From the NCBI RefSeq assembly GCF_006345805.1, contig NW_021826145.1, positions 1-13,668 of the forward strand: DNA of 13,668 bases, read 5' to 3'. Below the pieces are notes generated by a model. It saw only the letters and a list, made by a program, of their open reading frames with translations, was not told the origin of the DNA and did not search any database. This document shows, in pieces, positions 7,890-13,668 of this stretch. The stretch is from Octopus sinensis (taxonomy: Eukaryota). Within the stretch, counting starts at the first letter, position 1; every line of letters begins with the position of its first letter. The position numbers and the translations under genes are program-made.

Positions 7890-8256
7890 CAAGAGAACTC
7901 AGGGAGCGCAAGCCTCTGCCGGGGCAACACCAACGTCCTTTCAACGATTAGTCGGAGATGATTATTAAAATGAAAATATCTGAAATAAACTCGACTGTTC
8001 TCACAAACGAGAATACTAAAAATGAACCCGACCGCTCTCAAAATTAAGCAAAAAACAGGAAAAATAATCCAGAATCTTTGTCCGGTAGTGGATCGATCCC
8101 TAAATCTAATCAGTTCGTGCCAGTCACGAGGCCAAACATCCCTGAAAGTTTCATCTGAACCCATCCAGCAGTTCTTGAGATATTTTGTCCTCGGACTAAC
8201 AAACAAACAAACATGACTGAAAACAATACCTCCGCCTTCGTTAAGGAGGAGGTAAT
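7890..8256 (-). mobile_element. Non-autonomous Helentron-associated element (HINE/DINE-1-like)
   Basis: 5' palindrome: TACCTCCGCCTT (8227-8238) vs AAGGAGGAGGTA (8243-8254), 11/12 complementary. It has a GTTT microsatellite near the 5' end, a 3' subterminal repeat GGCAGAGG (7920->7913), a short 3' stem-loop GCGCTC-CCT-GAGTTC (7909->7895) and T-rich flanks. This is the DINE-1/HINE architecture. Confidence 0.78.
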
Positions 8257-8472
8257 AATAATCCTTTTTACTATAGGTACAAGGCCTGAAATTTTTGTGG
8301 AGACGACTAGTCGATTTCATCGACCCCAGTGTTTCACTGGTACTTAATTTATCGACCCCGAAACAATGAAAGGCAAAGTTGATCTTGGTGAAATTTGAAC
8401 TCAGAACATAAAGACGAACGAAATGCCGCTAAGGTTTTCCCGGCGTGCTAACGACTATGCCAGGTCGCCGCC
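8253..8472 (-). mobile_element. SINE family B, full-length copy
   Basis: Minus-strand head GGCGGCGACCTGGCATAGTCG, B-box GAGTTCAAATTTC, core CCTTTCATTGTTTCGGGGTCGATAAATTAAGTACCAG and an (ATT)n tail; aligns with 3858-4077. Confidence 0.9.
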
Positions 8473-8511
8473 TTAACAATACCAATTATAATAAAACTCT
8501 GGTACCTGATA

Positions 8512-8775
8512 CAAAAGGCTAAAGATACTTTCCCTGTCATATAGACTCACAGGATCGTTTTCCTGGTTTCTGTGTCTTGTATATATTCCCCTCCGAGGCA
8601 CGAGGGATGCCGGTCCATCGCAGGATAACTCTTCTTTACCGGCCGGGTAGACTAGAGCAATGTGAAATGAAGTGATTTGCTCCAGAACACAACGCGTCGC
8701 CCAGTCCAGAAATCGAAACCCCAATCTTACGATCATGAGTCCATTACCCCTAACCAATAAGCCACGCGCCTCCAC
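8512..8775 (-). mobile_element. tRNA-derived SINE, family C
   Basis: Minus-strand A-box TGGCTTATTGG (8764->8754) and B-box GGTTTCGATTTC (8720->8709). These are followed by TGTGTTCTGGAGCAAATCAC (CORE/V-like 5' motif) and CCTGCGATGGACCGGCATCCC (from memory, similar to V-SINE segments). Confidence 0.78.
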
Positions 8776-8799
8776 CTAATACTTGATTTGATTTTTTAT

Positions 8800-8862
8800 A
8801 TTTAAGGACCCGGAAAGACCGAAAGCTAAAGATGACTTGCTGGGATTGAAATCAGAAACTAA
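8800..8862 (-). mobile_element. SINE family B fragment
   Basis: TTTAAGGACCCGGAAAGACCGAAAGCTAAAGATGAC...GAAATCAGAA aligns with 8348-8407. Confidence 0.55.
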
Positions 8863-8955
8863 GGCGTAACAGTGCAGTGTATAATAGTAAAGATTTCATC
8901 TTCAGGCTGTAGATCGTTATCTGAAATATGCAAATACATTTTAACTCACACAAAT

Positions 8956-9014
<59 letters not shown>

Positions 9015-9040
9015 CATACACATACACACATATATACGTA

Positions 9041-9205
9041 TATGGTTGAAATTTACAGAAAAGCAAAAGACGAAGGCAGGTGTATGAACTACAAGCAAGT
9101 GTATTAGTTTGACGCTCAGGAAGTGAGGAAGTATTTTACATTTCGAGCCTACGCTCTTCAACACAAAGGAATAAGAGAAAAAATAACAAAGAGAAATAAA
9201 AAACT
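9041..9205 (-). mobile_element. Family P2 Penelope-like repeat, second copy
   Basis: Minus strand TTCCTTT-GTGTTGA-A-GAGC-GTAG-GCTC-GAAA-TGTA (9171->9137) and the downstream sequence match 6051-6143. It abuts the (CA)/(TA) tract at 8958-9040. Confidence 0.65.
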
Positions 9206-9240
9206 TTTATGCATTTTTTGAAGTCGAGTTACAACGATTT

Positions 9241-9341
9241 CAAATTTTGGCACAGGAGGGGAGGGAAAAGCCGATTATATCGAGCCCAGTACACAGTTGA
9301 TACTTATTTCACCAACCGCAAAAAGTTCGATGACAAAGTCA
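9241..9341 (-). mobile_element. SINE family B 3' fragment, truncated at (TA)n
   Basis: CCGATTATATCGAGCCCAGTACACAGTTGATACTTATTT matches the family B body at 8310-8350. Confidence 0.65.
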
Positions 9342-9396
9342 ATATATATATATGTGTGTGTATGTATGACGAGGCACAACCTGCATTTTCCGTCAA

Positions 9397-9557
9397 ACAC
9401 ACATACACACACACACACACATACACACACACACACACACACGGACACACGCGCACACACACACACACACATACACACACACACACACGGACACACGCGC
9501 ACAAACACACACACACACAACACACACACAACACACACACACACACACACACACACA
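9397..9557. repeat. (CA)n array with a duplicated CACGGACACACGCGCACA variant block
   Basis: The CGG interruptions at 9442 and 9488 are 46 bp apart. Confidence 0.9.
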
Positions 9558-10774
9558 TAGGGTGTCCCGAAATTAAAGCAACTGAAATGTCGGGCTTTAA
9601 TAACTACTAATAAATGTGATAAGATATTAAAATTATACATCATTATAAAAGCTTAGTGTGTCCGTTTTTTGTTTTTTTTGTTTCAGACTAAATAAATTCA
9701 GATTTATAAATTAGATATTGGCTATAGACCGAAATACAATCATAACCCTCCACAAAGAACGCGAAAGTTATAGCAAAAAAAGGCTTAAAATTAACCGAAC
9801 AACAGTCTGGAAAATTGTCAATAAATTTCAAGAGACTGGTTCCACCGCAGATCAACCACGACGGGGCCGAAAGAGAAGTATGCAGATCCCTCAGGTTATC
9901 AAACGTACAAGAGAAAAGATACAGCGAAATCCTCGTTCTATCAGAGAACTGACTGTCATAACAAAAATAAGTCGAACATCGATGTACCATGTGCTGAAGG
10001 AGGATCTCAGGACCTACCCCTACAAGACAACCCACTGTCACGAACTCACTCAAGTATATAAGGCCATGAAACTGGAAAGAAATCGCCTTATCCTCCGTGA
10101 GATTGCTGAAGGCATGTTGGCCAAACTAGTGTTCACCGATGAAAAGAAACCACCAGAATGATCGACTATGGTGTGTATATGGCTCGGTCGAGGGTAGACG
10201 AGTATACCAACATCAAGCTCCACTGTCGGTTATGGTTTAGGCGGCTGTGACAGCCACTGGAAGGTCTCCCTCATTTTTCTGCCCTCGCTTATGTATCACT
10301 CAGTGGTACATTAGCGACATTCTGGAAACTGAACTGCATCCATGGACGAATGAACACTTTCAATGTGCACTTGCAGCCTCCGACAGGACTCGGCACCATT
10401 CCACAGCTCCAAACATTCGGTCGTTCATAGGCAAGGATGTAAGGCAGAAGCTCCGACTCAACCCGCTGGATTTTTCTGTTTGATTCATTTTGGAGATGAA
10501 GGTCTCGAGGACGCCTCATGTTTCTCTCGACACCCTGAAGACAAAACTGCACCAGGAAAGGGCTTCGATTCCGCAAGAACAGCTGCGTACTGCATGTGAA
10601 GTACTCGCACTTGGACATAAGACTTTGATTCAAAAAAGAAATAGCTATATCGAAAAAATGTAGTAGTGTCATAATTGTGCCTCCTTTACCATGGTATTGC
10701 AACGCTCGGACCCATATAAAAAGATTTTGCTGTAGCAAAATTGAAGAAAGTTGCCTTAATTTTGGCACACCTTG
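9558..10774 (+). mobile_element. Tc1/mariner DNA transposon (DD37D/maT-like), full length but inactive
   Basis: TIRs TAGGGTGTCCCGAAATTAAAGCAACT (9558-9583) and AGTTGCCTTAATTTTGGCACACCTTG (10749-10774), 21/26 matched. TA follows the right TIR (10775-76). A transposase remnant lies inside. Confidence 0.92.
9718..10663 (+). pseudogene. Tc1/mariner transposase pseudogene
   Basis: Paired/HTH region with GRKR (RRGRKRS), then FTDEKK (D1 10138-40), HQNDR.W, SVMV*AAV (TAG 10238-40), QDSAPFH (D2 10387-89), LNPLDFSV* (D3 10469-71; TGA 10481-83) and the C-terminal SLDTLK..L...IPQEQLR.ACE. Several frameshifts and deletions. The third catalytic residue is D; the D2-D3 spacing (82 nt) has been shortened by deletion, so the DD37D call rests on motif resemblance. 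Confidence 0.9.
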
Positions 10775-10806
<32 letters not shown>

Positions 10807-10859
10807 TGTATGTATGTATGTATGTATGTATGTGTGCATGTATTATAATATACGTATAT

Positions 10860-10918
<59 letters not shown>
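10775..10918. repeat. (TATG)n then (TA)n microsatellite
   Basis: Read directly from the sequence. Confidence 0.95.
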
Positions 10919-11295
10919 GAAGAAAACAAAAAGTGGAACAAGAACGTAACAAGCGACAGAAAGACGATACAAAAAAGGACAGGTCATTCGGACCTTCCTA
11001 TCCTCAGTCGAGTACCAGGTCATCATTGCAGTTTCGGCCGGTTACAATCGAGACTGCTCCAATCTGGCCGAAAATCTAAGTTGAGAGCACTAGACTCCTT
11101 GGAAGAAAGCAAGCAAATGTATACGATAACAAGGACGAAAAAAAAACGGAGAAATGGTACACAGTTACAAATACAAACAACTGGACATTAACAACAGGTG
11201 TCTTTCGACTAAGGACGAATTAAATTGAACTGGCGTGTATGGAAGAGAAGCCTTACGGCAGGAACATAAGAAATAAAGTTATGGGAAGGAATATA
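10915..11295 (-). mobile_element. 5'-truncated, diverged sister copy of the 5141-5915 element (family P1)
   Basis: The reverse complement aligns colinearly with 5530-5915: CACGCCAG, GTCG.AAGACA, CCAAG.A.TCTA.TGCT...CTTAG, TTGGAGCA, GCCGAAA, ATGATGA, GACTGA.GA, CGAATGA..TGTC, ACGTTCTT. Both ends are TA-rich. Confidence 0.78.
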
Positions 11296-11303
11296 AGATA
11301 TAT

Positions 11304-11304
<1 letters not shown>

Positions 11305-11348
<44 letters not shown>
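11305..11348. repeat. (GAT)n microsatellite
   Basis: Read directly from the sequence. Confidence 0.95.
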
Positions 11349-11350
<2 letters not shown>

Positions 11351-11746
11351 TTCTCTTTTAAACAAAATATGAGAGTTCAGTAAAATAAAGCATTGATCAT
11401 GTTCTATGGTCATGAATGTGTCTCTTGAGGCCTGCAAATACGTATAGAGAAAATTACTTTGAACTTAACTAATTTTGGATCGTCTTCAAAACTTGTTATT
11501 ATGTAATTTTGGAAATATTAATTCCAATGATATTGTGTTAAAACAACAGAAACAGTTGTCGGTTTGTAGGGTGAATTCTACAATTAAAGATGTGATTTTC
11601 TCATTATTTATTTTCGTTGTCAAATATTCTGAATTTCTCGAAATTCTTCTAAATGATATTTGGATCTACTTGTCAAACATGAGGATTTACCTTGGATGTG
11701 TATTCGACTTACATTTATTGGTGTGTATATATGTATATATATTCCC

Positions 11747-11866
11747 CTCACAATGTTTTGGTTGGCCTGGATTGAAGTGGAAGGCAGTTAGCCAAGGTGG
11801 CATACAGTGGAATTGAACCCATGGCCATGTGGATGGCACAGTACGTTTTGTAACCACGCAGCCACG
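11747..11866 (-). mobile_element. SINE family A head/core fragment, strongly diverged
   Basis: CCAAGGTGGCATACAGTGGAATTGAACCC...CCATGTGG...ACCACGCAGCCAC matches 712-786 and 6500-6575. Confidence 0.72.
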
Positions 11867-11925
11867 TTTTGGGGTTAAAACTGTAGGCTGAAATACACAG
11901 CCATTAAAAGTTCAGTTCGATGGTG

Positions 11926-11956
11926 ATGGAGTAGTTGTAGCAGCAGCAGCGGCGGT

Positions 11957-11997
<41 letters not shown>

Positions 11998-12009
11998 TAT
12001 ATAGTAGTA

Positions 12010-12062
<53 letters not shown>

Positions 12063-12090
12063 TAGTAGTAGTAGTAGTAGTAGTAGTAGT
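11926..12090. repeat. (TAG)n array with (CAG)n and TAT interruptions
   Basis: Read directly from the sequence; explains ORF 11912-12094. Confidence 0.95.
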
Positions 12091-12222
12091 TCATAGAAAC
12101 AACATTAAAACATCAAGTAAATAGCTATGAAATTAGTCGGAAGGCAGTGATTAAGAATACTTTAAACAACCATGTTATCAGACCAACATCTCCATAATGG
12201 TACGTAATATATTGGTGCCGTG

Positions 12223-12613
12223 GCATACATGCACACATACATACATACATACATACATACATACATACATTCGTACATACATACATACATACATTCGTAC
12301 ATACGTACATACATACATACATACATTCGTACATACATATATACATACAAGCATGCATGTGTGCATTGACATTATGCTGTGTGTCTGTCTGTCTCCCCTC
12401 CCGCCTTCCCTCCTACATCCCCCCTCCTTCATTCTCCTCTCTCTCCCTCCCTCTCTCTTTCTCTCTATCTATCTATATATATATGCACACACACATACGT
12501 ACATACATTTATGCATACACACATATACTCAACTCACTTATACACATAATTAATATATTTGTGTGTGTGTATATATATATACATAATACATATACATATA
12601 AATTAGTACAGAC

Positions 12614-12679
<66 letters not shown>

Positions 12680-12810
12680 TATGTATATATATATGTATAC
12701 ATATATATATATATCATTGATATATACGTATACAAGTATGTATTGAGTATTTGTGTGTATTATATGTATGTATGTATATATGTTCATATATACAGAGAGA
12801 GAGAGAGAAA

Positions 12811-12857
<47 letters not shown>

Positions 12858-13146
12858 CATACATACATACATACATACATACATACATACATACATACAT
12901 ACATACGTACATGCATACATACATACATACGTACATGCATACATACATACATAAATATATACATAGACCCACATATACATAACATACATACACAAAAAGC
13001 ACCATACAGACAGACATAACTTAATATTGATACAAACATGACATACATACAGACAGACATAATGCATACATAAATCATTACACATATCACATACATAACA
13101 TAAATACATTATATACATACACAACACACACACACGCACACACACA
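12223..13146. repeat. Large compound microsatellite field: (CATA)n, CT-rich, (TA)n, (AG)n, (AGAT)n, (ACAT)n, (CA)n
   Basis: Read directly from the sequence. TTCG variants recur at 12270, 12294 and 12326, and a 24-bp duplicated GTACATGCATAC block lies at about 12907-12954. Explains all ORFs at 12125-13145. Confidence 0.95.
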
Positions 13147-13668
13147 CTGTGTATGTGTGTCGTCTTTTAATCCATTTTTTTTATTTATATTTCTTTGTTT
13201 TAAACGCCTTCATTTTATTCTTATATTTTCCTTGTTTTTTGTTTTCTTTACATGTTTATTGCATCTCCTCGGTTCTTCTTTATTTTCTCCGTCTGTTTAT
13301 GTTTTTATCATTTGCTTGTTTATTTGTTCAGGTTTCTTTACTGTTTTTCTGTCCGCGTGCCTGTGTATGTATGTATGTGTGCGTGCGTGCGTGTATACGT
13401 GCGTGTGTGTTTCGTTAAAAGCATGACAGTACATTGTCTTCATGACTTAAGATGACAGTCGTTCAGAGCTGATGTATTCTGACACACGTTCACCGCATGA
13501 CTCTGATGTAACATTCCAAGGACATTCGAAACTTGATCTGCCTGGTTCCGACTCGCTTCACACCATTCTTCCTTTCTTTCGCGTTCTCTCGTAAATGCAC
13601 AACGTATAAGTGTGCGAGCGCGCGTCTGTATGCTTGTTAGTGAATCTGTGTAATTTGTTTTTGTAAGT

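Noticed and set aside
7754-8320. 188-aa minus-strand ORF
   Set aside because: It spans a SINE tail, a Helentron-type element and another repeat, has no recognisable domain, and is a chance open frame.
11028-11060. CCGGTTACAA resembling a twister ribozyme motif on the plus strand
   Set aside because: No P4 pairing, no upstream UAA/P1 or downstream GAGGG element, and it is not conserved in copy A.
11350-11720. AT-rich unique-looking stretch with ORF 11475-11816 and donor-like GT sites on the minus strand
   Set aside because: No recognisable domain in the translations examined, no coherent acceptor-exon-donor set, and the ORF runs into a SINE.
13503-13540. CTGATGT...GAAAC hammerhead look-alike
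   Set aside because: A9 is replaced, the spacer is a direct repeat (ACATTC twice) rather than a closing stem II, and there is no stem I/III.

Overview
An AT-rich, microsatellite-dense eukaryotic non-coding window. It is most likely from an octopus genome; this is inferred from SINE and repeat families I recognise from memory plus the repeat landscape, not from a search. No host-gene exon can be supported, and almost all ORFs in the track are microsatellite translations. The window is a mosaic of: (i) about a dozen tRNA-derived SINE copies or fragments from three families; (ii) two decayed RTE-clade LINE fragments, an endonuclease N-terminus and an RT C-terminus with its tail; (iii) a full-length but dead Tc1/mariner (DD37D/maT-like) transposon with 26-bp TIRs at 9558-10774; (iv) a DINE-1/HINE-type non-autonomous Helentron at about 7890-8256; and (v) several non-coding, Penelope-like repeats. 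Group (v) is the most interesting. It includes a near-canonical type I hammerhead ribozyme fold with a palindromic stem III (minus strand, 992->898) and two copies of a minimal-hammerhead-like motif (6057-6084 on plus, 9137-9164 on minus). It also includes a 775-bp non-coding element with identical 78-bp terminal direct repeats inserted in (TA)n (5141-5915). That element's diverged sister copy (10915-11295) shows compensatory changes in short helices, including GNRA-type loops and a possible pseudoknot, next to the repeat junction.
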